Below, one piece after another: positions 46,510 to 56,345 of a DNA stretch of 64,000 bases; position 1 is the stretch's first letter, and every line of letters starts with the position of its first letter. This DNA comes from Parcubacteria group bacterium. GTDB lineage: Bacteria > Patescibacteriota > Minisyncoccia > Moranbacterales > UBA2206. Made by a program: the position numbers and the translations under genes. The stretch covers positions 37,449 to 101,448 of the forward strand of contig JBAYWF010000001.1 in the NCBI GenBank assembly GCA_041674205.1. Reading direction: 5' to 3'. A model generated the notes under the pieces. The model was not told the origin of the DNA, did no database searches, and worked only from the letters and a program-made list of their open reading frames with translations.

Positions 46510-47478
46510 ATGATACTTTTTCTTTATGGCGAGGACTCTTTCCGGTCGCGCCAAAAAATAGCGGAAATAAAAAAAAGGCTCCTGGCTTTCGACGCGGTCG
46601 GATCGGGACTTTCCATTTTTAATTGGATGGAAAAAAATCCTAAACGTCGCTTGTTGGATGTGCTGGGCACTTCCAATCTTTTGGCACCCAAAAGATTGGT
46701 CATCGTGCGGGATATGTTGGAAGTCGCGACGGACGGCGAGAAGGACGAGCTGATTGATTATCTGAAAAAATATGAAAAACAGATCCAGGCCGATCAGGAC
46801 TTGGTGGTTATTTTTTGGGAAGACGGCCAGCCGAAGAAAAACGGCAAACTGTACAAAGCACTCTTTAAGATGGCCAAATCCCAGAATTTTGAAAGATTGT
46901 CCGGAAGCAAATTGAATCAGTGGCTCGTGCAGCGGACAAAGGAGTTGGATCCGGTCGGCAGTATTTCAGGGGCGGCTTTGGAAAAACTGATCCTGTTCGC
47001 GGGCAGCGATACGGAATATCTGGACAAGGAATTGCGCAAGCTTGTCGATTTTGCCGACGGACGGATCATCCAAGCGGATGATGTGGAAATTTTGGTGCGG
47101 GCGAATTCGGATGCTAATATCTTCGATACGATCGACGCGTTAAGCGCGAATAATAAGAAAAAAGCTTTATATCTGGTGCAAGAACATCTTAAAAAAGGCG
47201 ATGATCCTTTTTATGTTTTTTCGATGTATGTCTACCAATTCAGGAATATTTTGAAGGTGGCCGATCTGGACGGGCAATATCGCGGCAATGATTATGCGAT
47301 TGCCAAGGCCAGCGGTTTGCATCCTTTCGTAGTGAAAAAAAGCCTGAGTCAAGTGCGGAATTTTCCTATGGCGAAGCTCAAGGCGGTCTATCAGAAATTA
47401 AGCGCTTTGGATACCCAGATCAAAACCGGCCAAATCGATATCCGGGTGGCGCTGGATAAGTTTATTGTGGAATTGTAA
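46510..47478 (+). CDS. holA: DNA polymerase III delta subunit
   Basis: MILFLYGEDSFRSRQKIAEIKKR N-terminus and about 320 aa length typical of HolA. Confidence 0.75.
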   Translation: MILFLYGEDSFRSRQKIAEIKKRLLAFDAVGSGLSIFNWMEKNPKRRLLDVLGTSNLLAPKRLVIVRDMLEVATDGEKDELIDYLKKYEKQIQADQDLVVIFWEDGQPKKNGKLYKALFKMAKSQNFERLSGSKLNQWLVQRTKELDPVGSISGAALEKLILFAGSDTEYLDKELRKLVDFADGRIIQADDVEILVRANSDANIFDTIDALSANNKKKALYLVQEHLKKGDDPFYVFSMYVYQFRNILKVADLDGQYRGNDYAIAKASGLHPFVVKKSLSQVRNFPMAKLKAVYQKLSALDTQIKTGQIDIRVALDKFIVEL

Positions 47479-47676
47479 GCGTGTTACTTTCTTTTGGCAG
47501 CAAAAGAAAGTAACCAAAGAAAACTGCCGACACCGGGCTTGTGCTGTCTAAATTCTCAGCGTACTCGCTAAAATTCCCGAAAAGTCTAAAAAGATTGTTA
47601 GCAGGTAATTTTTTAACGCTCGTGTGCTGGAATTTAGAAACGCACTACGCCAAGGTGCGGATTTATTTTAAACAAA

Positions 47677-47709
47677 TCAAAAAGAACGCCTCATAGGACG
47701 TTCTTTTTA
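47677..47709. terminator. Bidirectional terminator between holA and rpsT
   Basis: AAGAACG-CCTCATAGGA-CGTTCTT flanked by A/T runs. A second perfect 14-bp hairpin GTTACTTTCTTTTG...CAAAAGAAAGTAAC lies at 47483-47514. Confidence 0.65.
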
Positions 47710-47720
47710 GATATTGAAGC

Positions 47721-47993
47721 TTATTTCTTTATCGCGATAGCTTTAACTCTCTTGTTAAGCCTGGATTTCTTGCGGGCGGCCGTATTTTTGCTGATAACTT
47801 CCTTTTGGGCGGCCTTATCCAATGTTTGGAAAGCTTTTTTAGCCCATTCCTGAGCCGTCTTGGCGTCATTTTTGGCTATGGCTTCGGTGGCTTTTTTGAT
47901 AGCGCTCCGGAAAAGGCCCTTGATCCGTTTGTTTATCTCGGTTTTCCTGTCGGTGACGCGCATGTATTTCTTGGCTGATGCTTTGATTGGCAT
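47721..47993 (-). CDS. rpsT: 30S ribosomal protein S20
   Basis: MPIKASAKKYMRVTDRKTEINKRIKG...typical S20, 90 aa. Confidence 0.9.
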   Translation of the reverse strand: MPIKASAKKYMRVTDRKTEINKRIKGLFRSAIKKATEAIAKNDAKTAQEWAKKAFQTLDKAAQKEVISKNTAARKKSRLNKRVKAIAIKK

Positions 47994-48108
47994 ATTGTTT
48001 TCTTAAGTTAATTCCTTTTAGTTACCTAGTATTTTTAGCACAGTCTGGAAATTTATGCAAGGATTTATTGGAAAAACCGCGCGGAGATGTTAGAATGGCA
48101 ACATACAT

Positions 48109-48681
48109 ATGATAGCTAAAATCAAAGGCAAAATAGAATACAGCAAAGACCGGTTCGTAGTGGTGGATGTCAATGGCGTGGGTTATAAGGTCCATTTGAC
48201 GAGTTATGCGCTGGGCAAGGTCGCCGGGATGGGGCAGGTCGACTTTTTCATACATACTTCCGTCCGGGAAGATGCCTTGGATTTGTACGGCTTCCTGACT
48301 TTGGATGAGTTGGATATGTTCGAGCTGCTAATTTCCATTTCAGGCATCGGACCTAAAGCCGGTTTAGGCATCCTTTCCATCGCTACGCCCAAAACTATCA
48401 AAACAGCTATCCTGAATGAGGATTCATCCATATTGACCAAAGTGTCGGGGGTGGGCAAAAAAACCGCCGAGAGGGTCATTTTGGAGCTCAGGAACAAAGT
48501 GGCTGATCTGGCGGTCGGGGAAAAAGAAGAGGCGGTTTCCGATTCGGACGCGATCGAAGCCTTGATTTCGATGGGATATTCCGTGACCGAGGCGCGCGAC
48601 GCCTTGAAGCTGGTGCCGAAGGATATCTCGGATATCGGCCTGAGGGTCAGCTCGGCCTTGAGGAGCTTGGGTAAGAAATAA
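48109..48681 (+). CDS. ruvA: Holliday junction branch-migration complex subunit RuvA
   Basis: MIAKIKGKIEYSKDRFVVVDVNGVGYKV, HhH motifs (ISGIGPKAG, VSGVGKKTAERV). Confidence 0.9.
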   Translation: MIAKIKGKIEYSKDRFVVVDVNGVGYKVHLTSYALGKVAGMGQVDFFIHTSVREDALDLYGFLTLDELDMFELLISISGIGPKAGLGILSIATPKTIKTAILNEDSSILTKVSGVGKKTAERVILELRNKVADLAVGEKEEAVSDSDAIEALISMGYSVTEARDALKLVPKDISDIGLRVSSALRSLGKK

Positions 48682-48707
48682 AATAAATCGTAAAAACAAA
48701 CCATATT

Positions 48708-49685
48708 ATGCGGGATGATAAAGGCAGTTTCATAGCTAAGAATTCTCCGGATGGGGGATTTTTGCAATCGGATTGGTGGAAAAATTTCCAATCGGCGGTC
48801 GGCAGGAAAAATTTGAATATCAAAGGCGAGACATTTTGGAATAATATTTTCGAACACAAACTTCCCATCGTCGGTAAATATTTTTATATACCGCGCGGGA
48901 ACATATTGAAAATCAGGGATAAAAACGTCAAGAATTATTTCGATAATCTGATCGGTTTGGCTAGGGATAATGGCGCCGGTTGGATACGCATCGAACCGGC
49001 TTCGCAGGAAATTTTGGAATTGACCAGGAAAAACGTGGACCTGCCGATAGTGAAAGCGCCTCATGAGATGCAGCCTAAGGAGCTTTTTATCATCGATTGC
49101 ACCAAGAGTGAGGCGGAATTGCTGACACTGATGAAACCGAAAACGCGCTATAACATCAAGGTGGCTGAAAAGAAAGGCGTCAAAGTCTTCGTTTCCAATG
49201 GGAAAGAATGTATGGACCGGTTTTGCGATTTGGTTGAAATCACGAGCAAACGGCAGGGGATCAGGCCGCATCCGCGGGACTACTACCAGAAGATGCTTGA
49301 AATCATTCCGGGCGAAAATATAAAATTATATTGCGCGGAGCTTGAGGGTGAAGTGATCGCGGCTAATATCGTCATATTCTTCGGCAATACGGTGACTTAT
49401 CTGCATGGCGCGTCGGATGATCGGTTCCGCAATGTGATGGCGCCCTATCTTCTGCAATGGCGGCAGATCCAGGACGCGAAAAAAGCCGGAGCTGCCGGTT
49501 ATGACTTCGGCGGCGTAAAGACAGGATCGGACGATAATGATTGGGCCGGTATCACCAGATTCAAACAGGGTTTTTCACCGGCTACGGAAACTAGCAAATT
49601 CCCGGGAAATTATGACATCATCCTGAATCCACTCAAATACCGGACCTATAACTTAATTCGGAAAATTAAAAGTTTTTTGCGGTGA
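48708..49685 (+). CDS. FemAB-family peptidoglycan interpeptide-bridge aminoacyltransferase
   Basis: 325 aa with FemAB/GNAT-fold pattern (FLQSDWW...YLHGASDD...). Adjacent to a Mur ligase. Confidence 0.7.
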   Translation: MRDDKGSFIAKNSPDGGFLQSDWWKNFQSAVGRKNLNIKGETFWNNIFEHKLPIVGKYFYIPRGNILKIRDKNVKNYFDNLIGLARDNGAGWIRIEPASQEILELTRKNVDLPIVKAPHEMQPKELFIIDCTKSEAELLTLMKPKTRYNIKVAEKKGVKVFVSNGKECMDRFCDLVEITSKRQGIRPHPRDYYQKMLEIIPGENIKLYCAELEGEVIAANIVIFFGNTVTYLHGASDDRFRNVMAPYLLQWRQIQDAKKAGAAGYDFGGVKTGSDDNDWAGITRFKQGFSPATETSKFPGNYDIILNPLKYRTYNLIRKIKSFLR

Positions 49686-49779
49686 GTGGAGTGTGTGGAT
49701 CAACCTTAGGAAGGGTTGATTTTTCCCATAGCTTGACATAGACTAGATCTCAATAAAAAATAGCGTTTACCGCAAAGAT

Positions 49780-51072
49780 ATGAAAAAACTTATTCCCCAG
49801 CCGATCAAGAATATCTACCATCTGCTCCAAGCCGTCTTGGCGAATTTGCGGTTCGGTTTCCCGACCAGAAGATTGAAAGTCATCGGTGTCACCGGCACGG
49901 ACGGCAAAACCACCACCTGCCAGATGGTCACTAGAGTTTTGGAGGAGGCGGGAAAAAAAGTCGCAATGGCTTCGACCATCAATTTCCGCATCGATGGCGA
50001 AGAGGAAAAAAACTTGTCCCATTTCACGACCCTTTCGGCTTTTGCGGTGCAGCGGTTCGCAAAAAAAGCAGCGGCTGCCGGTTGCGAGTATCTGGTTCTG
50101 GAAACATCTTCCCATTCCCTTGATCAATACCGGGTGTGGGGAATAAATTATAAGACGGCAGTCATCACGAATGTGACGCGCGAACATTTGGACTATCACA
50201 AGACGATGGAAAGATACCGCCGGGCGAAAGCGAAGCTTTTTCAAAACGCTGGAATCGCGATCGTGAATCTGGATATGGAAAAACCGGAAGAGTATCTTGA
50301 TTGCAAAGCGGAAAATATTTTCGGATACGGTCTAAAAATCCTAAATCCTAAATTTCAAATCCTAAATAAATTCAAAATTCAAAATCAAAATTTCAAAACT
50401 ATTATTGCGGAAAATGTCGAGTTGGGAATTGATAAGTCTGCATTCGCAGTTGATGGACAAAATTTAACTTTAAATTTAATCGGGGATTTCAATATTGAAA
50501 ATGCGCTGGCGGCGATCAGCGTGGGAGTTTCGGAAAATATTTCTCTCGATATTTGCGCCAGGGCTTTGGCAAAAATCATGGGCGTGCCGGGAAGGATGGA
50601 ATATGTGCCGAACGATAAAAATCTGAATATTTTGGTGGATTTCGCGTTGACGCCGATCGCTTTGGAAAAATTGTATTCGTTGCTGGTAAGAATAAAGAAA
50701 CCGCAGGCGCGCGTCATCGCCGTCTTCGGTTCCTGCGGCGAGCGGGATCGCGGCAAACGGCCGATCATCGGGGAAATAGTTTCCCGTTACGCGGATTTCG
50801 TGATCATTACTAATGACGAGCCCTATCACGAAGAGCCGATGCAAATTATCAATGAGATCGTGGCAGGCATTGAAGATAAAAAAGAAAACGAAAACTTTTG
50901 GATAATTCCCGATCGTCGCGCGGCCATCGCCAAGGCGCTGCAACTCGCCCAGCCTGATGACATAATCGCTGTGACCGGCATGGGGGCGGAAGAATCGATG
51001 ATAGTGGGGGATGAAAAAATTCCGTGGAACGACCGGCAGGTGATTTTGGAGGAGCTGGGAAGGATACAATAA
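49780..51072 (+). CDS. Mur ligase family protein (MurE-like) with an in-frame low-complexity insertion
   Basis: VIGVTGTDGKTTT P-loop, Mur ligase middle and C-terminal domains. Insertion LKILNPKFQILNKFKIQNQNFK is encoded by the AT-rich repeats at 50337-50405. Confidence 0.8.
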   Translation: MKKLIPQPIKNIYHLLQAVLANLRFGFPTRRLKVIGVTGTDGKTTTCQMVTRVLEEAGKKVAMASTINFRIDGEEEKNLSHFTTLSAFAVQRFAKKAAAAGCEYLVLETSSHSLDQYRVWGINYKTAVITNVTREHLDYHKTMERYRRAKAKLFQNAGIAIVNLDMEKPEEYLDCKAENIFGYGLKILNPKFQILNKFKIQNQNFKTIIAENVELGIDKSAFAVDGQNLTLNLIGDFNIENALAAISVGVSENISLDICARALAKIMGVPGRMEYVPNDKNLNILVDFALTPIALEKLYSLLVRIKKPQARVIAVFGSCGERDRGKRPIIGEIVSRYADFVIITNDEPYHEEPMQIINEIVAGIEDKKENENFWIIPDRRAAIAKALQLAQPDDIIAVTGMGAEESMIVGDEKIPWNDRQVILEELGRIQ

Positions 51073-51216
51073 AATAATTTCTGCAAAAATAAAAAAAACG
51101 GTGCCAGTTAGCGCTGTTTTTTGTTTAAAGTCACCAATTTGAGCCAAAAAATCCGGTATTGACTCATTCACCAAAATGATATATAATTAGGATAGTTAAT
51201 TCACCAAAATAATAAT

Positions 51217-52347
51217 ATGTTGATACAAAGAATAATCCAAAAAAAAGTAGAAAAAGCTTTATTTAAGGGTAAAATAATCATAATTTATGGACCTCGCCAG
51301 GTAGGCAAGACGACTTTGGTCAAACAAGTCAGGGAGAAATATTCAGGAAAGTCTGCTTATTTCAATTGTGACGAACCGGATATCCGTGAAGCGTTAACCA
51401 GCAAAACCTCGACCGAGCTGGATAATTTCCTGGGCTTAGCCCAGAAAAAATTGATTATTTTGGATGAGGCTCAAAGAGTGAAAAATATCGGGGTGACACT
51501 GAAATTGATCGTGGATAATTTCCCCGATACGCAAGTCATAGCCACCGGTTCATCATCTTTTGATTTGGCCAATGAAATTTCCGAGCCGCTCACTGGAAGA
51601 AAGAATGAGTTTTTTCTTTATCCCTTTTCATTGGAAGAGCTTAAGCAAATTTATTCCGAGATTGAGAGCGATAGGCTTTTGGAAAATCGGATGGTTTTTG
51701 GAATGTATCCGGAAATAATTTTAAAAAAAGATGACTTGGAGAAGAGTTTGAAAAGCTTGGCGCAAAGTTATTTGTATAAAGACGTTTTGCAATACCAGAA
51801 TATAAAAAATCCGGAAATTTTGGAAAAACTGTTGCAGGCCCTGGCTTTGCAAGTCGGATCGGAAGTTTCTTACAATGAATTGGCTGGAATGACAGGGGTG
51901 GATAAGAATACGGTTTCCAATTACATCCAGCTCCTAGAAAAAGCCTTTGTCATTTTCCGCTTGAATCCATATAGCCGGAACTTGCGCAAAGAAATAAAAA
52001 AAATGCGTAAGATTTATTTTTATGATAACGGAGTCCGCAATGCGCTGATCAATAATCTGAATCCATTGAATTTGCGACAGGACAAAGGTGCTCTTTGGGA
52101 AAATTTTATGCTTAGCGAAAGAGTGAAATATAACAATAACCATGCGCTGGATAAAAATTTATATTTTTGGAGAACGCAACAAAAACAAGAGATAGATTTT
52201 TTGGAAGAAAGTGGCGGTAAAATCGCAGCTTTTGAATTCAAGTGGCAAAAGGACAAGTTTAATATCCCGAAAGCCTTTGCGGATGCGTATCCGGAAGCCG
52301 AAGCGGAATTGGTCAATAGGAAAAATTATAGGAAATTCGTAATGTAG
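51217..52347 (+). CDS. AAA-family ATPase (AAA_14 + DUF4143-type architecture)
   Basis: Walker A IYGPRQVGKTTLV, Walker B LIILDEAQ, C-terminal DUF4143-like region. Confidence 0.75.
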   Translation: MLIQRIIQKKVEKALFKGKIIIIYGPRQVGKTTLVKQVREKYSGKSAYFNCDEPDIREALTSKTSTELDNFLGLAQKKLIILDEAQRVKNIGVTLKLIVDNFPDTQVIATGSSSFDLANEISEPLTGRKNEFFLYPFSLEELKQIYSEIESDRLLENRMVFGMYPEIILKKDDLEKSLKSLAQSYLYKDVLQYQNIKNPEILEKLLQALALQVGSEVSYNELAGMTGVDKNTVSNYIQLLEKAFVIFRLNPYSRNLRKEIKKMRKIYFYDNGVRNALINNLNPLNLRQDKGALWENFMLSERVKYNNNHALDKNLYFWRTQQKQEIDFLEESGGKIAAFEFKWQKDKFNIPKAFADAYPEAEAELVNRKNYRKFVM

Positions 52348-52411
52348 TTTTCTGCCAGAATATAAAAAAAGAGGCAGTGCCATCGGGCGCCGCCTTTGTC
52401 AGTTGTCAGAT

Positions 52412-52861
52412 TCAGAGAAGCGCGATCAGGAAAACCGTCAGGGCGAAACCGAGGATGCCGCCGGCCAGGGCTTCGGAAGGTTTGTGGCCCATCCTTTCTT
52501 TGAGGCGCGGATAGTCCGCTTCAGCCGCGTCTATTTTGTGGACGATCATATTGATGTAGCGGCTGTGCTCGCCCATATAGACGCGCAGCCGCGTGGCGTC
52601 GTCGATAATCAGGATCGCCATCGTGAGGGCGATGGCGAAGGCTCCGGAAGAGAGGCCTTCGAAATAGCCGACCGAAGTCACCAGGGAAGCCATCAGGGCG
52701 GAGTGGACGCTCGGCATATGGCCATAGGTCATTCCGTGGCGGAGGGTGTATTTGAAATCGCGGTTATGCCGGAAATAGAAAATGACGAATTTAAAAATTC
52801 TGACCAGGATAAGGACGATAAGCGGAATCAGGACGACATAATAGGCGGATAGGTTTGCCAT
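52412..52861 (-). CDS. Divergent PAP2 / acid-phosphatase-related membrane protein
   Basis: 149 aa, TM helices, conserved PSxHSA-like motif (MPSVHSALMASL). Confidence 0.65.
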   Translation of the reverse strand: MANLSAYYVVLIPLIVLILVRIFKFVIFYFRHNRDFKYTLRHGMTYGHMPSVHSALMASLVTSVGYFEGLSSGAFAIALTMAILIIDDATRLRVYMGEHSRYINMIVHKIDAAEADYPRLKERMGHKPSEALAGGILGFALTVFLIALL

Positions 52862-52924
52862 AGTTTTTTATTAGGGGTTTATTATCTGAATTATAGCATA
52901 TCCGGGGGAAATCCGCTGACGCCC

Positions 52925-52953
52925 TTGACCGGGAAAAGGTTTTGCTGTAGAGT
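52925..52953 (+). promoter_or_regulatory. Sigma70-like promoter TTGACC-17-TAGAGT
   Basis: Near-consensus -35, 17-nt spacer. Drives a short transcript that ends at the terminator at 53061-53088. Confidence 0.4.
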
Positions 52954-52959
52954 GGAAAT

Positions 52960-53088
52960 ATGAAAATGATAGCGCAAAGAAATTTCTGGTTTTATTTTTA
53001 CGGCTTTAGTCGGAGGTCGTTTCTTTGTGGATTTTAGGAAATAGTCAAAAATCACAAGAAAACGGCCTCGGAAGAAGGCCGCTTTTTA
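52960..53088 (+). ncRNA. Candidate small RNA, or mRNA for a 25-aa hydrophobic peptide
   Basis: About 130-nt unit between the promoter and terminator CGGCCTCGGAAGAAGGCCG + T-run. Contains the tiny ORF MKMIAQRNFWFYFYGFSRRSFLCGF. Confidence 0.25.
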
Positions 53089-53145
53089 TTTCGGTTTTTT
53101 TATCAAATCAAGGGCACAATGTGCCAAAACTAAAGAGGAGATAGT

Positions 53146-53331
53146 ATGTCCAGTCAAGAAGCTTGCAGTAAAAAGGATGAAACGGGTTGCTCCGTGCAGA
53201 GTCACGATCAGCTCGACGAAAGCGGAAGAAGTAAGATGCAAAGTTATCCGACAACGGTGCTGGATAGTCGCGGGAAACCAACTGGCAGAATCGTGCAGGT
53301 GGTTCCCGGCATCAATGATGCTGACTTTTAA
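53146..53331 (+). CDS. Small hypothetical protein (61 aa)
   Basis: Strong RBS AAAGAGGAG 6 nt upstream of the ATG. Followed by a terminator-like hairpin and T-run (53352-53395). Confidence 0.45.
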   Translation: MSSQEACSKKDETGCSVQSHDQLDESGRSKMQSYPTTVLDSRGKPTGRIVQVVPGINDADF

Positions 53332-53444
53332 AAACTACCCTTTCGGGTCAAAGGTGGCGTTGGGAGAATTTTCTCTTGGCGCCACTTTTATTTTCCTCTG
53401 AAAAATGCTAAAATACGGATATTAATTACTTAAGTGAAAATATT

Positions 53445-53996
53445 ATGGGAAGCGGATTGATATTATTAATTATCCTGGCGGTAATCGCCCTGTGGGTGAT
53501 CGCGGTCTATAACGGCCTGATCAAGCTGAAAAACCGGGTGGATGAGGCTTGGAGCGACATCGACGTGCAACTGAAACGGCGTTATGACTTGATTCCGAAC
53601 CTGATCAATACGGTCAAGGGTTATGCGGCGCACGAGAAAGACGTTTTTGAAAAAGTGACTGAGGCGCGCACCCGCGCGATGGGAGCCGATTCGGCCCATG
53701 ACAAAGCGGAAGCGGAAAATATGCTGAGCGGGACTTTGAAGACGTTGTTCGCCGTGTCGGAAAATTATCCGGATTTGAAGGCTAATCAGAATTTCTTGGA
53801 ATTGCAACGGGAATTGACCGACACCGAAGACAAGATCCAGGCTTCCCGCCGGTTCTACAACGGCAATGCGCGGGATTTCAACATCAAAATCGAAGTCTTC
53901 CCGAACAACCTGATTGCCGGAATGCTGCATTTCACCAAGCGGGAATTTTTCGAAGCCGATGAAGCAGAAAAGGAAAATGTACAGGTGTCGTTCTAG
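53445..53996 (+). CDS. lemA: LemA-family membrane protein
   Basis: N-terminal TM then YNGLIKLKNRVDEAWSDIDVQLKRRYDLIPNL, canonical LemA. Confidence 0.85.
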   Translation: MGSGLILLIILAVIALWVIAVYNGLIKLKNRVDEAWSDIDVQLKRRYDLIPNLINTVKGYAAHEKDVFEKVTEARTRAMGADSAHDKAEAENMLSGTLKTLFAVSENYPDLKANQNFLELQRELTDTEDKIQASRRFYNGNARDFNIKIEVFPNNLIAGMLHFTKREFFEADEAEKENVQVSF

Positions 53997-54029
53997 TTGT
54001 CTTAATCGTTCAAATGTTCTAAATGATTT

Positions 54030-54401
54030 ATGGGCAAAGTTGAGTTCGGTTTTTATAGGTTGGATGTTTGGAAGTTGGGAATGGAACTTGTTAATGAAAT
54101 CTATATAGTCACAAAAAAACTTCCCCCTGAAGAAAAATTTTCTTTAGTATCGCAAATCAGGAGAGCTGCCGTTTCTATCCCCTTGAATATTGCCGAAGGC
54201 AGCGCTAAAAGAACAAAAAAGGATTTCGCGTCTTTTGTGAGGATCGCGTTGGGGTCGTTGATGGAAACGATGACCTGTTTGGAAATATCCTTAAATCAAA
54301 AATACATAAGCGATATTGAACATGAAAAATTTAAAAAATTAATCCAGGAATTATATTTTAAATTGATTTCTTTGGATAAATTCTTAACAAAAAACAATTG
54401 A
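54030..54401 (+). CDS. Four-helix-bundle protein (23S rRNA intervening-sequence protein family)
   Basis: FYRLDVWKLGMELVNEIY...LVSQIRRAAVSIPLNIAEGSAKRTKKDF matches that family. Confidence 0.7.
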   Translation: MGKVEFGFYRLDVWKLGMELVNEIYIVTKKLPPEEKFSLVSQIRRAAVSIPLNIAEGSAKRTKKDFASFVRIALGSLMETMTCLEISLNQKYISDIEHEKFKKLIQELYFKLISLDKFLTKNN

Positions 54402-54451
54402 TCATTTATGGTGTTTAGAACAGTTATAACACTTAGAACAAATAGAACATT

Positions 54452-55354
54452 ATGACAATCTATACGCAAGCGGATAAAAATACGCGCCTGACTTGGGTTT
54501 ATATCACGGGTTTTTTGGTTTTCGTAATAGGGGTGGGTTATGTCTTCGCGGGAGCGATGCGGAACAGCCTGATTCTCTATATCGCAGTGGCTTTTTCCAT
54601 CGGGATGAGCTTCGTTTCCTATTGGTGGAGTGACAAGATCGTCCTGGCGATGAGCAACGCCAAGGAAGTGACGCACGACAACGCCCGTGAAATCTACCAT
54701 CTGGTGGAAAACCTTTGCATCACCGCAGGATTGCCGGTGCCCAAGATTTATATTATTGAAGATAGCGCGCCTAACGCTTTCGCGACCGGTCGCGATCCGG
54801 AACACGGAGTGATTTGTTTGACGACCGGCATCATCGCAAAATTAGAAAAAACTGAATTGGAAGGCGTGATCGCCCATGAATTGTCGCATATCGGCAATCG
54901 GGATATCTTGCTTTCAACGGTCGTGGTGGTTTTGGTGGGCTTTGTCACTCTATTGGCGGACTGGTTCCGCAATTGGACGTTTTGGGGCGGCGGCCGGAAT
55001 CGCGACAATAACAATGAGGGTGGCGGGCAATTGCAACTTATCTTGTTCATCTTGGCGATCGTGCTTTCTATCTTGGCGCCGATTGCCGCCATCTTGATGC
55101 AGATGGCGATTTCCCGGAAAAGGGAATTTTTAGCTGATGCTTCCGCGGCACTTCTGACGCGCTATCCGGAAGGCCTGGCACGGGCGTTGGAAAAAATTTC
55201 TGCCGATAAAGAACCGCTGGAAGCCGCCAATCGGGCGACGGCGCATCTCTACATCACCAATCCTTTCAAGGGCAAAAAAGTCTCGTCGCTTTTTATGACC
55301 CATCCGCCGATTGAAGAAAGAATCGCGGCTTTGCGGGGGATAAATATCAAATAG
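54452..55354 (+). CDS. htpX: Zinc metalloprotease HtpX (M48 family)
   Basis: HEXXH as HELSHIGNRD, four TM helices, C-terminal MTHPPIEERI. Confidence 0.9.
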   Translation: MTIYTQADKNTRLTWVYITGFLVFVIGVGYVFAGAMRNSLILYIAVAFSIGMSFVSYWWSDKIVLAMSNAKEVTHDNAREIYHLVENLCITAGLPVPKIYIIEDSAPNAFATGRDPEHGVICLTTGIIAKLEKTELEGVIAHELSHIGNRDILLSTVVVVLVGFVTLLADWFRNWTFWGGGRNRDNNNEGGGQLQLILFILAIVLSILAPIAAILMQMAISRKREFLADASAALLTRYPEGLARALEKISADKEPLEAANRATAHLYITNPFKGKKVSSLFMTHPPIEERIAALRGINIK

Positions 55355-55438
55355 TTTCCCGGAAATAACCAGGCGGGATATCCGTCCTCTGTTGAAGGAC
55401 GGATCAAAAAATTTACGGAATTAAATTTCTAACAAAGT

Positions 55439-55834
55439 ATGAAAAATAATTTGGAAAAAGTCCATATCCCGGACGCGGGCCGCTACGTTCTCGGCGGCTA
55501 TTTCGGCAGCGCCCAAGAATTCGGTTCATTGGTATTGAAAAAAATCAGGAACAAGGAGTTGGATCCGGAGGAGATGGAGCGGAACCGGTCGCGGTTTTTG
55601 GGCGGACTGATCGGAGCGGACAGGGCGGATAGGCTATCCGCGGAAGAAACGGAAGTTTTTTTGACTGAAGCGAGGCGGGTGATTTTGGAAAACAAAAAAA
55701 TTATAGATGGCGCGAAGGAACACTGGCAAGAAGAAGCCAAGCGGGTGGGATTTGTCGGCGTGTCCCGCGATAAAGAGGGGAAATCGATTTTGGAGGGGGA
55801 CCTTGAGGCTGTTATAGACGATATAAACGATTAG
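55439..55834 (+). CDS. Hypothetical protein
   Basis: 131 aa ORF with no recognisable domain. Co-directional with and 13 nt from the next ORF. Confidence 0.45.
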   Translation: MKNNLEKVHIPDAGRYVLGGYFGSAQEFGSLVLKKIRNKELDPEEMERNRSRFLGGLIGADRADRLSAEETEVFLTEARRVILENKKIIDGAKEHWQEEAKRVGFVGVSRDKEGKSILEGDLEAVIDDIND

Positions 55835-55847
55835 CCTGTTTTTCAAT

Positions 55848-56249
55848 ATGATGCAATTCAAACTTCCGAAAAATAATGAGCGCTATCAATGGACACTTCA
55901 TTCGATCGAGAAGATGAAGTTTTATGGCTTGAGCGAACAAAAAATTTTAGGCATCATCAAAAGGCCCCAGCGGAAAGAGGAGGGTATCGTGAAAAACACG
56001 ATCGCGGTGATGCAGCCGGTTTCTCCGAAGCTCGATGCGGGAGGCAAGCCGGTTTGGAAGACTGAAATCTGGGCGATGTACCAAATTAAGAAGAATAAGA
56101 ACAGGAAAAATTTATCCGAACTTCAAAAATTGCTTTTCAGGGATCAGAAAAAAATCATCAGCGCTTGGCGATATCCGGGCGTCAGTCCGGAGCATAATCC
56201 GATTCCGGAAGATATCTTGCGGGAAATCTCTGAAAGTGGCTTGAAATAG
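55848..56249 (+). CDS. Hypothetical protein, weak DUF4258-like N-terminal pattern
   Basis: 133 aa. YQWTLHSIEKMKFYGLSEQKILGIIKRP resembles DUF4258 N-termini. Weak evidence. Confidence 0.4.
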   Translation: MMQFKLPKNNERYQWTLHSIEKMKFYGLSEQKILGIIKRPQRKEEGIVKNTIAVMQPVSPKLDAGGKPVWKTEIWAMYQIKKNKNRKNLSELQKLLFRDQKKIISAWRYPGVSPEHNPIPEDILREISESGLK

Positions 56250-56345
56250 CTGGTTTTAGTAATTGTACTATATGCACATAAAATAAATGTGTGGTATAAT
56301 GCAATAAAGGAAATTAAATATTTCAACTAGAAGGGCAGGTGTAAT

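Noticed and set aside
48204-49271. 355-aa ORF on the minus strand
   Set aside because: Antisense to ruvA and the FemAB gene, both with clear family signatures. Shadow ORF.
50476-51174. 232-aa ORF on the minus strand
   Set aside because: Antisense to the Mur ligase gene. Shadow ORF.
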